From Eledone cirrhosa (taxonomy: Eukaryota): a stretch of DNA of 64,000 nt. Under the pieces are notes generated by a model that saw only the letters and a program-made list of their open reading frames with translations, did no database searches and was not told where the DNA came from. This document shows positions 1 to 15,131 of this stretch, piece by piece; the stretch's first letter is position 1; each line of letters begins with the position of its first letter. The stretch spans positions 47,988,001 through 48,052,000 of the forward strand of contig OZ024742.1 of assembly GCA_964016885.1 (NCBI GenBank). The letters run 5' to 3'. The translations under genes and the position numbers were made by a program.

Positions 1-329
1 GTTTAATTTGTTATCACACAACTGAAATGTGTGAATTTATTTTTGTGTTTTATTGCATGTGCCTGAGAAATAAACGGACTGTCCAGTATAATGCCATATA
101 ATAACGAATGTCTGCTTATAGAATATATATAATTCTGATATATTTTGAAGAGCGTCAGTAATGTACCTATGTTGACAATTACGACCAGATCAATATCTCG
201 TCAGCTTATCTGTGGCCCTTTCGTTGAGGTTAGACTGAGTAGAATATAAAGTTGCTTATTCATCTTTTGACGCTAAACACCGTCAGTTGCAGACTGCGCA
301 TTGTCATGTGAGATCTCTCTCCACAAAGT

Positions 330-800
330 TCGATCACCAGCAGCAGTTGTTCAAAGAGCAAAGATCATGTCCAGTCCATAAGTTGACATTGCCAAGCCAT
401 CTTTTGGCTGGCGGCTTCTCATTCTCTTACCAGCTAAACTTCCTTTCAGGCAGAACCTACTCATGCCATGAGTTGATCGTTTTTATATGACCGTATAGTT
501 TGAGTACTCTTAACTTGACAGTTGATGTAATTGGTCTAAGGTCGGTAATGTTGAGCAGCTCACTGATACGACAGATACGGTCCCTGAGCCACTTGCCAGT
601 CATAAGTTTCATGATCTGAAATGTAGAGATATTCTGAAGTGACTTTCTCGTCCAATTAACACACTCAAGACCATATAACACAACTGGTAGGATGTAAGTA
701 TCAAAGATCTTATCCTTCAAATGATAGAAAACTTGGTTTGATGTTCTTGTCCTTGTTGAAAGTGGCCCAACCTAGAGCGATTCGACATTGCTTATTCTTA
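330..800 (-). mobile_element. Decayed 3' fragment of an RTE-clade LINE
   Basis: Frameshifted peptides CRIALGWATFNK, KIFDTYILPVVLYGLECVNW, RVLKLYGHIK and LKGSLAGKRMRSRQP match the post-RT region of RTE LINEs (ILPVLLYG.E.W, L...GH, G.R.RGRP). Confidence 0.7.
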
Positions 801-904
801 AAGACTATGAAATATATGCGTATAAATAGTAGCTGTGCATATTGCATTACACCTCCTGACACGTATATTACTAATCTAATATGTTTTACACATTTAGTCG
901 CGCT

Positions 905-922
905 CACACACACAGACAGACA

Positions 923-1014
<92 letters not shown>
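905..1014. repeat. (CA)n microsatellite
   Basis: Direct reading. It is one of many (CA)n, (TA)n and (GA)n tracts in the window. Confidence 0.95.
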
Positions 1015-1017
<3 letters not shown>

Positions 1018-1171
1018 GCGCGCGCTGTATGTATATGTTATATATATATATTAGAAAATGAGGTTTTTTTACAAAAAGAAAAAAAAAACGAGATGTTATA
1101 CACGAGTGAAAGTATAGGGAAAAAAGATGAAATCGAAAATGCAACTGGAGTCTTTTTAAAAATATTTATTT

Positions 1172-1215
1172 GGTTCCTTTACCGGTTTCGCAGTTCTTGT
1201 GCTTTTCAAAAGTAG
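1172..1215 (-). ncRNA. Minimal type I hammerhead-like motif (U3-A8 variant), Penelope-type
   Basis: Minus strand reads CTT TTGAAAA GCA(caagaac)TGC GAAA CCGG TA AAG: palindromic stem III, GUA cleavage triplet, short stem I. Confidence 0.5.
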
Positions 1216-1304
1216 AATTAAGATGGAGGGTTTGTGGTTTTTCTCGCATCGTTTATGAATTTATTTTGCAAGATTTCTTATCTGAAAACGTTTGTTGAAA
1301 CAGA

Positions 1305-1578
1305 TATTGTTATACTTTGGAGGGTCATGTTGCTAATACAAACACACAAAAACAATATGTTGTAGGATAGAACAAAGGAAAGACACACACAAAAATAAAA
1401 ACCTAGTCATTGAGGATGTCATATAATGTGTGACGAAAGAGCTGTTACAATATGTAAACAACCTTCCGGTTATCGAACCAACCAAATATCCGGCCGGAAA
1501 TTTATAATAAATTGAAGTGAAAACCACCAGGTGCGTGTGTTTTTATTGCCAACATGACTCTTCCAAAGTATAACAATA
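1305..1578. repeat. Inverted-repeat element with TATTGTTATACTTTGG(G)AGGGTCATGTTGC ends
   Basis: Imperfect ~40-bp inverted ends. The same terminus recurs at about 41209, 43642/43995, 53487-53512 and 54171-54200. Confidence 0.65.
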
Positions 1579-1685
1579 TATATATATATATATATAATGA
1601 AGAATTTGAACAGGGACAGAACAGAGAGGCAGTACAATAAATGTTTATTAAATTCACGCTCAGGAGAGTGGGGGGTAGGTGTGGG

Positions 1686-1718
1686 ACGACGTTTCGGGCA
1701 TAAGCCCTTCTTCGGGTG
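1686..1718 (-). other. Degenerate hammerhead-like motif (pLTR remnant)
   Basis: Reads CCGAAGA AGGGC TTAT GCCC GAAACGTC. A sister copy at 53613-53648 has CTGATGA. Stem I is not convincing. Confidence 0.4.
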
Positions 1719-2362
1719 AGAAGTGTGTGGGAACAGAGTTCGAAAGGTGTGTAGGGGAGTGGTGGAGAGACATATAGCGAAAGGAAACGGTGCGAATGAA
1801 AAATTAACAAATAAAGACAAAAAATATAATAAATAAAAATAAAGCATGATCAAAGTACAAGGAATGAGAAAATTTAAAAATAAAGGCATGATCAAAATAA
1901 ACTGAAATTAAAAGGGGGGTAAACAGGTGGTGGAAGGGTGTGGGGTGAGTAGGGGTTGTGGCGGGTGGAGTGGGGAGAGGGAGACGGGGTGTCCGAGCGG
2001 GGAGGGCTGAAGGTCGTGTGTGTGGTTAGGTGTGCGTGTGTGTGTGTGTGTGTCTATGTGAAAGTGAGGGTTGGGGGAAGAATGGGGTTGCATGTTCAGG
2101 AAGAGGTGTGTGTGTGGGGGTGTTTTTGTGGGTCGGAGTGTCTGTGCGTGTGTGGATAGGGGGTGGGGGGAGAGGAATCAGGAGGCTGAGGGTGTAAATA
2201 TGTGGTGGGAAGCACGTGTGTGTGGTTTAAGCGTGTTGTGGGTGTGGGTGGCGTGTGGAGAAAAACATTTTTTGGGTGTGTGTGTGTGGGTGAGTTATAT
2301 AGGTGATGGCGTAAGAGGATGGTTGAAAAGTTGGTAAGTTCCACGGATGTTTGGAGATTTGG

Positions 2363-2821
<459 letters not shown>

Positions 2822-3195
2822 TAAGTGTGTGTGTGTGTGTGTGTGTGTGAACATATAGGTAATCTTGAATTCATGCATGCATACTTGAATGTACAGATAT
2901 ACATGCACGCTTACATATATAATGCATGTATAAACGTTGTTTCTATCTTACGAAGATAAAGGGACACGTCTTAGAAGGGATGTAATTATGTGTCAAGAAA
3001 GTGAATAGAATAATGATAATTTGAAGAATTAATTATATTTAAAAAATGAGTATAATTAAGACGTAAATGCTCACTGATCGTGGCGAATTTTACTTTCAGT
3101 CGCTCGCCTCCATCTCCCTCTCTTTCCCACTCACCATAAACACACACACACACACACACACAAACACACATATACACGCACACATACCCCCCCCC

Positions 3196-3284
<89 letters not shown>

Positions 3285-3667
3285 AGGGTTACACATATGT
3301 TGGTACCTGTATATTTTTAGTAACATATTTTATAAGTGTAAGTATATTCTCCGTCTATTCCAGATAATGTAAGTTATTTCCTGATATCCGGTGACGAATT
3401 AAAAGAGTGTCATAACAATCTAGCGATCAACATTATCAACTAATTTCAGTTAAGATGGCCAGATTGACAGACGTGTTATTTCCTGTCATAAACAAACATT
3501 CAACTAGACATTTTAAAGAATTTATCTCATTGCCAGACATGTTCTCTTAAACTGTAAACTGCTAACCTTTCTCGCCATAAGTGTCAGCTAAAAGTTTCTT
3601 AAAATCATTTTATATACTTTTAATATTTCTTTAACGGAACTGATGGTGATAACAATCAAAGAATCTG

Positions 3668-3797
3668 AGGCAAAATGGTAGATTCGTTAGAACATAGGAT
3701 ATAATGATTTGCTGTATTCGATCTGGCTTCCTGCACTGTGGATTCAAATCCTACGGATGTCAACGTTGCTTTTCCTCCTTTCGTCGTCGAGATAAAA
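3668..3797 (+). mobile_element. Degenerate tRNA-derived SINE (same family as 60317-60468)
   Basis: B-box-like GATTCAAATCC followed by GTCAACGTTGCTTTTCCTCCTTTCGTCGTCGAGATAAAA resembles 60392-60447. Confidence 0.5.
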
Positions 3798-3807
3798 GAA
3801 TTAGTCA

Positions 3808-4576
<769 letters not shown>

Positions 4577-4789
4577 TTTACGTATCGAGAAAGAGAGAAA
4601 AAAAGAAGGGATAGGTGATACATATAGTTATTTGCCAAGTAGCGTATGCCAAAGGTGCTCGATACTAGTGCCGGCAGTATTAAATATTCGAAGTGTTAAT
4701 ATTTAGTGGGCTAGAGAGTTAGCAGAGCGTAAGCACGTGGGAAAGTGAAAAATTGGAGAATAGACCGTTAAAACATGTTTATTTAAAAT

Positions 4790-4833
4790 ATCACCTACGT
4801 ACGTTTCGCCCAGTTGGGCTTCTCAAGGGCATA
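4790..4833 (-). ncRNA. Minimal hammerhead-like motif (U3-A8 variant)
   Basis: Reads GCCC TTGAGAA GCCC AACT GGGC GAAA CGTACG TA GGTG: palindromic stem III, GUA triplet, imperfect stem I. Confidence 0.5.
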
Positions 4834-4949
4834 AACAATCACAAGTGTTCCTTATATAGTTCGGAAAGAGTTTTGGGGGTTAAATCCACATCAAGGTTCA
4901 TTACTTGCAAAAATATCTTGTTTTGATTTTGCAGCATATATATATATGT

Positions 4950-5674
4950 ATGAAAGACGTAAAATTATAAAAATTAACTTACTTACTAAAATTTCACTCC
5001 AACTAATTAGTTTCTAAATACGTCTTTCATATAATTGTTCTGCATCCCCTTGCATTGAACCACAAAGTTACTAAGACAAAACCTATATATTTGCTAGCAT
5101 AGGTATGCATCTGTATATATATGTTGGTAGATATACTAATTCTTTATAATTATCTCCAAATTATTTTGTTGAGCAAAAATTTGCCAAAACTGCTACTATA
5201 GTTCATAGTAATGGCTCGGCTACTGTCTTTTTAACACCCCATTCCTCACTGATTAACCTCGATGTCACGTGATTGATTCTTTTGAATTTGCCACCGACCA
5301 AGTAGGCAGTGATTTTTTCAATGTCTTGGAATTTAGTCCACGCTTTGTTTTTTTCCATCCACTGAATTATTTTTGTATAAGTTCTTTGTGTCCACGCATC
5401 GCCTGGTAACTTATCTGAGAACAGACTTCCTGATGACGAAAGGCTTTTCCATGCTTTCCATTTGGAAACCATGTTTATTCCCTTTCAGAAACTAATTAGT
5501 TGGAGTGAAATTAGAGTAAGTAAGTTAATTTTTATAATTTTCTTATTTTACGTCTTTCATATAATTGTTCTGCATCCTCTTGCATTGAACCACAAAGTTA
5601 CTAAGATAAAACCTATATATTTGCTAACATAGGTATGCATCTGTATTTATATGTTGGTAGATATACTAATTCTT

Positions 5675-5677
<3 letters not shown>
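4950..5677. repeat. Mixed inverted and direct repeat structure
   Basis: About 4950-5015 is inverted at about 5487-5560. 5019-5148 is directly repeated at about 5549-5677. Confidence 0.75.
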
Positions 5678-5708
<31 letters not shown>

Positions 5709-7309
5709 TAATATATATACAATATAATCCATATATATGATAGAGGTACAATTAGATTGCGTTCACAGGCGGTATGCCAAGAAGAGCACTCGATGCTATT
5801 GGGGAGCAGATTATAGATATAATGAATAGGGAACAAAGAATCAGTATTGCATCATATACATATTTAATTACATATTACATATGGATCCTTGCCGATAAGC
5901 TCGAGGAACTAGTCTATATGTTAGAACACATCTGTTCATTATTAATGATTTTATATATATTTACACTGAAGAAATATATAAATACTTATATTAAACTTTG
6001 AAACATTCAACATACTTAAGACGGGTATTACCCTATCACTGCTAAATACTTTTAACGAATCTAAACAGGATCCCAAACCTCTCTTATCGAGGGATTGGAA
6101 CTCATTAGTTCGGATCTAGGAAACGAAGTTTCTATTAGAATTCATATTGCTATTAATATCTACCGTGAAATAAAGTGTCAGGGATATTACGCATCACGAA
6201 ATCGAAATCAAAATTTTCCATTGGGACACAAACCAACTCTCTAACCCTTCTGCTACGCAACTTCAGTATATGCAAAGTAATCAAACTGCCGCAAGATAGA
6301 TCGAAGTGTTCACTAACATACTGAATGTAATGACCCAAGACAATTTACTTAAATAACAATACTCTATAATTTACGTGGGCACGATTATTAAACTGATGAC
6401 TTATTCTGTTCAAGAACGAGAACTGCAACGTTGATTATTTTGAAATTATTAATAATAAATGAGATTTAATTAAAAATATATTGAGCAAATGTCCGAAGAT
6501 GTTTTGGTTGGTGTATATAATCTTAGCAACCAAAAATAGTCTAAATTTGATGCCAAATGATAAAATGATTAGTGATATATTATATTTACCACCAAATTTT
6601 ATGACATATGATTTTATATTATGCCAATTATTTGTGAAAATACAGAAAATGTCCTCGTGTCTCATTATAATACAATGAGCATGTTCATTCACAATTAAAT
6701 GTTATCGAAAATAATTATCCAGTAAATTAATGCACTCATAATTTGTGTAAATTTCATTACAACTGACGCTATGGTATTGCCTAGTTTACGCTCTGTGTTT
6801 TATGCAAGGTGTCAACCACCGCAATTCCCAAGAGTTATTCATACATGAAAATATAAGTTTTAACTATATTCAACTGACTGTCGAGAGGGTTAAGGGAATT
6901 GGTTGTGAAGTACAGCTAATATTGCTGACATAACTTCCCACCATTGTATAAAGCTTAAGGACATAATTTTTAATAGTTTGTAGAAAATAATGACAAAATC
7001 CACGAAACCTTTGCCCCATGGGGTTATTCCGTTCCAGCATTTATTAAAACCACCTGAAACTATATAATGCTGAACGTATTGGAATACACATATTGGAGCA
7101 ACTAGATCCTTCCCACTCACAAACCATTTATATGATTTTACTATCAATATATCAACTCCCTTGGCATACGATGCATTATGCAGTAAGGAGAAACTTATAA
7201 TTTCTTTTATTATGAATAAATTAAAATATTTTCGATGAAATGAGGTACATCCAAAAATCAATTATGTATAAAATAATCACCATGGACATTTGAACACGTG
7301 ATAGGGGAA

Positions 7310-7580
7310 TATGGAAGGATCTTTACATGGTTACCATAAAGTACGGCAAGATAACATGTTGATTGTCTCCATTGCTCTCAGTGAACAGAGACTAATATAA
7401 AAAAATATGTGTATCGGGAAATAATTACATGTAAACAATGATTCAGAACTGTTTAAACATAAATAATTGCTTCAATAAATCATCGAAACACCTGTTTGAA
7501 CATCGAATATCCCAGACCCAATTCTAGCCACTTAGCAACGGAGTGGCGCCCAATATCTCAACCAGAATTACATATCGTTC
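7310..7580 (+). pseudogene. Possible highly decayed, internally deleted Penelope-like RT/GIY-YIG remnant
   Basis: GSLHGYHKVRQDNMLIVSI resembles LYGLPKVHK..PLRPI. VYREIITCKQ and KHLFEHR resemble GIY-YIG motifs. Weak similarity. Confidence 0.3.
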
Positions 7581-8074
7581 GCAATTGCTTCGGTTGAACT
7601 AACATGTTTTCCAACTTCTCTGATATAATCATTAAAACTAATCTCTATTCGTTGCATTTATTTCTTTTTTATTTACTGTTTAAATTCTTGCTGTTGTATT
7701 TTAATAGTTTATTTTCATTTCGATTTTTCTTGTTCCTTTCTTTAATTTATTGCATCTGTGTTTCATGTGTGTTTTATTCTTTTATTTTCAGGGTTATCTC
7801 TTTGTCCATTTCCGTTCAATATCGATGTAACAGTAATGTCTAGCAATAATGAGTTATATCTGACTCATTTACACAAACATGTGAATGAGCGTGGGGTTAT
7901 ATTTTGTTATCGTGTTTTTTTTTATATATATTTTTACTCTTTCTTCTCTGTCTCTCTCATTTCGTTTCTATACATTCTAGTTATTCTATATCACTGTTTC
8001 TCTCTGGGAGTTTCAGTTTTTCTTCAACAATGACTAGGTTTATATATATAGATACACACACACACACATACATA

Positions 8075-8204
<130 letters not shown>

Positions 8205-9078
8205 ATGTGTGCATGTATGTATGTATGTATGTATATATATATTATTTATTATGTATGTTATTTTGTTACTTTAGGAAGTTTTTTTCCTATATCCATCTTT
8301 ACTGACTCACGCTAAACCAGTTACATATTTTAGTCAGTCGGTCTGTCTGTCTCACAGTTTCCGCCTTCGAATCCACTTCTCCCTTTCAACAAATATGGCT
8401 AATAGAATGATAGTTGATAAACGGTCAATGAAATATATCTAATAATAGTTTAATAGCATATTAAAATGAATTCTATCATCGATATTTAAATTGATTTCAA
8501 GTGCTATATCAATAACATTATGAATTGTATTCTGTCTGTTCCTTGAATAATTTTATGCCAGAAACAAATTAAAATAATGTTCAATCAATGTTTGTTGAGT
8601 GAGATGTAGTCCCTGATGAACAAATATATCATTAAACTTTTCTGTTACAATCATCGTTCATTTAATAATCTATTTCAAAATTTTTATTTAAATCATGTAA
8701 TTGTATGGCCTAGTAAGACAAAACCTTAGATCAGTACAACATTAGCGTCATGCAAATACATGCAATACGATAGAAAATCGAGCAACAGTTTATTCTAATT
8801 TGCTAATTACATGACATTGAATACAAAAGTGATGTAATGCTCTAGTAGATCATTATCAGTAAGATACTGGATTCACATTAAATACAAATTATTTTGTTCC
8901 TTTTACAAAAGTGTTGTATTTCTCTTATGCAACAAAATAAACGTTTTCCCTTAAATTCATTTTTTCTTCAACTTGAGAATAACATCGATATTTGTTAATG
9001 TTCAGTCATGTCTCTAATGATTCCGTGTACACAAGCGAAACAATAGTAACGCGAACCATACCTTAAATATAATAAAAG

Positions 9079-9188
<110 letters not shown>

Positions 9189-9480
9189 AGACGTGTGTAA
9201 CTTCGCGGAGAAGTTTCCGTTAATTTATGTAAGAAAAAAAACGTGAGTTTTTAGTTAAATTTTATATCATTGTGTAACTTGACCACCCGTCTGGACCTTC
9301 AGGTGGTGGGTCAACTCATTTTCGCCCCTACAGGGGCGGAATATCCATTTTAAAATGTTTTCTCCATCGAATCTTGGAAAAAATATTGTAAAATTTTGAT
9401 TACGTTATGATGGTGGTCGAGAGGCGGTAAGACTACAAAGCTCGCAGTCAACAACGTCTTCTTCACTAGATACTATAGAG

Positions 9481-11275
9481 ATGGAAACACAAAATGAAAA
9501 TGTAAAAACGAATTCATGTCCAAACAACAGAAATGACACCAAACAGTTCAATGACAACAAAAATAACAGCAAAACCAATAATGATGATAAAAGCAACAAT
9601 GATAACAACAACAAAGAAAAAAATAAAGACAACACCAATAACACAGCATCAAAGACAACAACAACACCAAGGAAAAGACGAATACTATCAACATCGGTGA
9701 CAACAAGAATAACAACAACAATAACAACAATAATGACAACACCACCAATACGGATTCCACAAAGAAACCAAAAATCTCCTTTGCAGAGAAAGTTCAAAAG
9801 AAGGAAGAATTGATATATCTCGACATAACAAATGCTGAACGACTTTTAAAGGACGCTAAGAGATATGTCACTTTCGAAAAAAATGGTGCTTTCAGCATCA
9901 ATTCTCCGGTAGAAATTCGCAAGGAAACTGCTCTCAAAACGATAGTTTTTAGGACAGTTTCCAATTCTACCCGAAAACCAGCCCAATTGTCACAGAAAGA
10001 AATTGAACTGGTTTTCAAAAATTCAATGAATGATATTGCATTCATTCAAAGAAGCAAACTTTTTGGGAGTATTTCGGTACTCATGAAGGATCAATTGACG
10101 GCCCAAAATTACTCTGTGTCGCCAATTGTACCCAACCTGTACATCTTTTTCCCTACATACATGTGAAAAAGGACACAAAAGATCAGAATCACGAGTGTCA
10201 CACCAAAGATGAACATATGGTGGATACTGTGCGGCTTCATCAATTTTGATGAAGACAGAATACTGTCAGTAGGCAAGTCCCCCAGAGATGTATTCAATGG
10301 GACTAGCATTGAAGTTCTGGTGCAAATGAGCCCAGAGCGAATAGCTATGATCCCACAGTGTGTACTCCTGGACGGACTCACCTACATAAACTTTTCGGTT
10401 GAGGGTAGGCGGCCTTCATGTTACCATTGCTTTAGCAGGGGTCACCTGAGGGCTTCCTGTCCTAAATTAATAAACCAAAAAAAGGCTCTTCTGCCGACAC
10501 CCATCAAAACAACACAACCACCAACACCACCACAACAACAAACAACACCAACACACAAAACTAACCACAACAAACACAGTCCCACCCAACCCCACTCCAC
10601 CTAAAACCACTGCAAAATCACATACAGACACAACAGCTCCCCAAGACATACCCCTCCCCAATCACACATACGATACAACAGATGAGGCTATCTCGCCATC
10701 ACCTAGTGAAGACGAGGGAGAACCCCATCGCTCGAAAAGAAATAAAAGACATCACAAAAGCTAAAAACCAGCAAACACTACCACAAACATACAACCACCA
10801 ACACAAACAACAAAAACATCACAAACCAAACTCCCACCTCCTGAAAACAAAATACCTACAACAAAACGAAAGCACACACAAGAACTACATACAAAAACAA
10901 ACACAACACAAGAAAATTACACTTACACTTACATAAACACTGAAAACAAAACACTAATGGAGACCATCACGAACTTTCGCCCGCTCTATTAAATATAGCA
11001 AAAAACTGAACCTAAAACTGATTAGAGTCCCTATACAAACTTATAGGTCCCTAAAAGAAACATTTGAGAAGGATGTGGGGAATTCCTGCGTGAAACCACT
11101 CAACCGCGTCCTTCTCAAATGCCTCCCCACCCCAGACACCCCCATCCCACCAGACCCCAACCCAGCAAACATGTGCGTCCCCACCCCGCCGGAAACCACC
11201 ACCCATCCAGACAACCCCTCCAACACCCCCATGCAAATCGTGCGGCCTGGTCCCCAGGAGGCGAAGGGTGAGTGA
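9481..11275 (+). pseudogene. Tx1 copy 1 ORF1 (gag-like), frameshifted
   Basis: Fragments 9481-9813, 9810-10166, 10209-10604 and 11075-11275 align by eye to the ORF1 of copy 3. Confidence 0.85.
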
Positions 11276-11308
11276 TCTCTTTTCCTCTTTTAACTTTTCA
11301 GCACCAAC

Positions 11309-14300
11309 ATGGCCAATATAAGAGTTGGATGTGTGAATGTACGCGGCCTGGGGATGCCCTGGAAACAGAGCAAACTCTTAAACGACCTCAGGTCGCACAG
11401 TATGGATGTGGTAGCCATTTGCGAGTCCAGGATCCACGGCGAGCGACAGCTGGCCCCCATCTTCGATGACTTTGAGATCTACGCATCTCTCTGTCAACCG
11501 AGGGGTGGGCACGGAGTTGCCGTTTTGCTGCGGAAACACCTGGGCCTCGTAACACAGACGGTACATCTGGACCCGGAGGGTCGACTGGTGGTCCTAGACG
11601 TTGACGGTAGTGAAGGTGGAGCCTTCAGGCTGGTGGCCGCATATGCCCCACCCGGGACACCGCGGCCAGACTTCTTCAAACGTCTAGAGACTTTTCTGGG
11701 AACGTCCCGCTCCTTGCTTTTAGTGGGGGACTGGAATAGAATCCTAGATGAACGTTGGGACTATGTGGGAGCATGTTCCGATAAAGGGGGGTGTAACAGC
11801 CTCAAGCAGTTAATCGACCGATTTGACCTGGCCGATAGATATCGACTAGATTTTCCGACTGCGCCACTGTGGACGTGGAGTAATCGTAGCGGAACATCTA
11901 GATCGTACCTAGATAGGGTTCTAGTTAGAAATAAGGATAGGGACATGTTAAGCTGTCCACAAATGTTCATGATTGCCTATTCAGATCACAAACTAGTGAC
12001 CTGCATGGCCAACCTTGATAGAACCCATAGACAAGGACCCGGCTACTGGAAGCTGTACTGGAAGCAAAGCCTACAGTAGACGGATTAGCACTTTAGTTAA
12101 ACAGCACTTGACAGGGGCCATAGTCAACAACAGATGGTGGTAATCTCTCAAGAGGGCAGTTAGATTAGACTCGTTAGTTTTTAGTAAAGAATTAGCGTTA
12201 GATGGAAATAGAACCGAGAAGGAACTGATAGGTAAAGTAGAAGAGGCAATTAGAAGTGGCAAGGTAGCCAGCGTGCTAGCAACGAGAACGGCCTTGGACC
12301 AGTTCTTCGACGCAAAGCACGAGGGCTGCGTCGTCAAAAGCAAAATACGTGCTCTGGGAAACGAGGGAGCCAAAGCTGTTAGCTGGGCCCGAGTGGTGGA
12401 GGCAAAAAGTGGCAACAATTCCACGATTCGATCTTTGAAGGACCAAAACGGACGCGTGAAACGTGAGCCGAAGCAGATGTGTGCAGCCTTTCAGCGGCTC
12501 TTGCACAACTGTTCGGGCGGGGCGGTGCGCCGGGAGGGGCTATGGATTTCGGTCCATACCTCGACGGCCTACCGCGACTCTCAGACAGCGAGGCAAAGTT
12601 GTGCGAAAAGCCGATTTCAGCCGCTGAGATAGGGGATGCGCTGAGCCAATGCGGCAAACGCAAATCTCCAGGTCTCGACGGTCTACCCTACAAATTTTAC
12701 GTAGCAATGCCGGACTTATTCTCCGGTCTCCTGGAAGTGGTCTACTGCAACTGGCAACAGAACGGGAGAATTCCCAGTTCTGTAACCGGGGGCGTGGTGA
12801 CACTAATCAGGAAGGACGAGAATAAAGGGGATGACATAGGGAACTTCCGGCCCATAACTCTGCTAAACACAGAGTTACAGATTTTGGCCAAGGTGTTGGC
12901 AAAGAGGCTGGCGTTTGTCGTCGAGAACCTGGTGGGAGAAGCGCAGACATGCGCAATCCCGACCAGGTCCATACACGACAACCTCCACCTCATGCGATAC
13001 ATCATAGAGAGGGTAAGGTGTAAACCCGGCTTCGGTGAGGCCCTGATCAACTTGGATCAGTCTAAGGCTTTCGATAGGGTTGACCATCGTTACCTGGATT
13101 CTGTGCTCGAGGCGGCAGGCTTCGAACCCGTGTTCAGGGGCTGGATTGCTGCAATGCATAACAGCAACATCTGCTCAAGGGTCAAGGTGAACGGCTACCT
13201 CTCGGAGCCGTTCCATATTACGCGATCCATTCGAGAGGGATGCCCTCTCTCCTCCCTTCTGTACGTATTGACTCTCGAGCCACTACTGCGGAAGTTGCAG
13301 CTATTGCAGGGCATCCCTCTGGAACCGGGACTGCGGAAAGCGGCGTCGGCCTACGCCGACGACGTCACAGTAATGGTGTCAAGCGCCTCGCAAATCGAGA
13401 AAGTCGGCACCTTACTGAAGGAATACGAATGTTTCACAGGAGCGAAGCTGAACCCGGACAAGTCCATCGGTTTGCAACTCGGATCGTGGAGAGGCAAACC
13501 GATGCCTTCCGATGGCGTCGTCGGACGCTGGAAGGAAGGACCGGTAAAGCTGCTCGGGATCTGGTTTGGTCCGGACCTCCAGATGGAGAAGAACTGGAAC
13601 GAAGTGACGGCCTAGATGTTTGCACTCACCCAGTAGTGGGCCGAGTGCAAACTATCCATGAAAGGTCGAGCGGAGGTGGCGAACACTTTTATAGCGTCCG
13701 CCATCTACAACCGCTTGACCGTCGTGCCTTGTCCAGCCAGAACGCTCGCCAAAATGGAACGCGCGCTCTTCCAATTCCTTTGGAAGAGGTGGGCTCCTTT
13801 GGTAAGAAGATCCATCTGCTGCCAACACCCTTCTAACGGAGGGCTGGGGATGCCGTGGTTGACGATGCGCAAACACACGCTCAGGCTGTGGAATCTCTAC
13901 GTATTCCTCACCGGACAACCGGTGTGGGCCCCGTTCGTGAGCCGAGCCTTCCCACGACTCGTCTCGCTGACCGAGCTGCAGTCCTGGGTCAAGCAAAGAC
14001 CGAAGAAAATGGGCGACTGGCACATCGAATGTGCTCAGACACTCACAGCCCTCTGGCAGGCGGACCCGGCGATCAGTGGAGACTCCACTTCGTCACTCTA
14101 TAGAGGGTTGATCCGCAGCAAGTGCGACGACGCGCTCGGTGAAACTCTAGGCGTAGAGGAAGATGAACTGGCCAGTCTGCTCGGTAGGACCTTCCGCCCG
14201 AGACCGATGGTCAACTTCCAAAAGTCCCTGGCCTGGCAGTGCTACCGAGGAGCTCTACCAGTTCGAGACAAGCTCTACAGACATGGGCGCCTGGGCAGGG

Positions 14301-14745
14301 ACCCTGCAAAAAAGATTTGTCCGAGGTGCGTGCGAGACGAAGAAACCGTCGCGCACGCATTCATACACTGCCCGGGCGTCACTGACCTGTGGGGCTATGT
14401 AGAACGACTATTGTCGTGGGTTGGACCAATCCGGTTGACCACCGAGTCCATTGTCATGATCAAACCGCCACCATTCTCCAAAAACGAAGGAGAGGCGGTA
14501 TTCTTTTGTGTGATAGCTATGGCGAAAGAGGTTGTATGGTGGATAAGGTTGAAAGGGCTGAGGTCAGACACCTTTCTCTACGGCCAACAACTTTTTCAAT
14601 TACCAACTTTTTTTTCAAATACCACTTTGGAAGAAGAATCAGGATGGAGAGAGAGGTGCTGAACTCCAGCATGTTTTATGAAAGGTGGGTGAAAGTGGCG
14701 AGAATGGCCCGAGTGAATGGGCCTTCTCTCTATATCAGCCTGTAG
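11309..14745 (+). pseudogene. Tx1 copy 1 ORF2 (APE-RT-CCHC) with stops and frameshifts
   Basis: Motifs NVRGL, GDWN, YLDRV, SDH, KAFDRVDH, EGCPLS and YADD. Confidence 0.92.
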
Positions 14746-14983
14746 GTTGAGGAAAAGGAGGAGGAGAGGAAAGGAGTACAAACTCTTCGTACTCCTGGAG
14801 ATGAGGGTTGCACATTTTTTTCGGGGGTATGTGTTACCCATATAAACTGTCTCCCCTATTGGGGAAAATCGACTAACTTTTTAAATTGCATTTATAATAA
14901 CATTTTACACGTTTTTATTGTATGTAAACTTTCCCCTTTGTATTTGTCCCCTTCTTTTGTGCCCCTGTGGCTAATAAAGAAAC

Positions 14984-15131
<148 letters not shown>

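Larger units (their letters stand above)
9189..14983 (+). mobile_element. Tx1/L1-clade non-LTR retrotransposon copy 1, full length but degenerate
   Basis: Broken ORF1 with CYHCFSRGHLRASC knuckle. Broken ORF2 with APE, RT (AYADD) and CPRC..ETVAHAFIHC. 3' end is AATAAAGAAA plus (TATC)n. Confidence 0.93.

Noticed and set aside
5203-5472. 89-aa ORF and a CTGATGA..GAAA motif at about 5430-5470
   Set aside because: No recognisable domain, and the hammerhead stems do not close properly.
11274-11308. Acceptor TTTTCAG just before the ORF2 ATG, which could give an ORF2-only mRNA
   Set aside because: The AG is present only in copy 1. Copies 2-4 keep the pyrimidine tract but have no AG.
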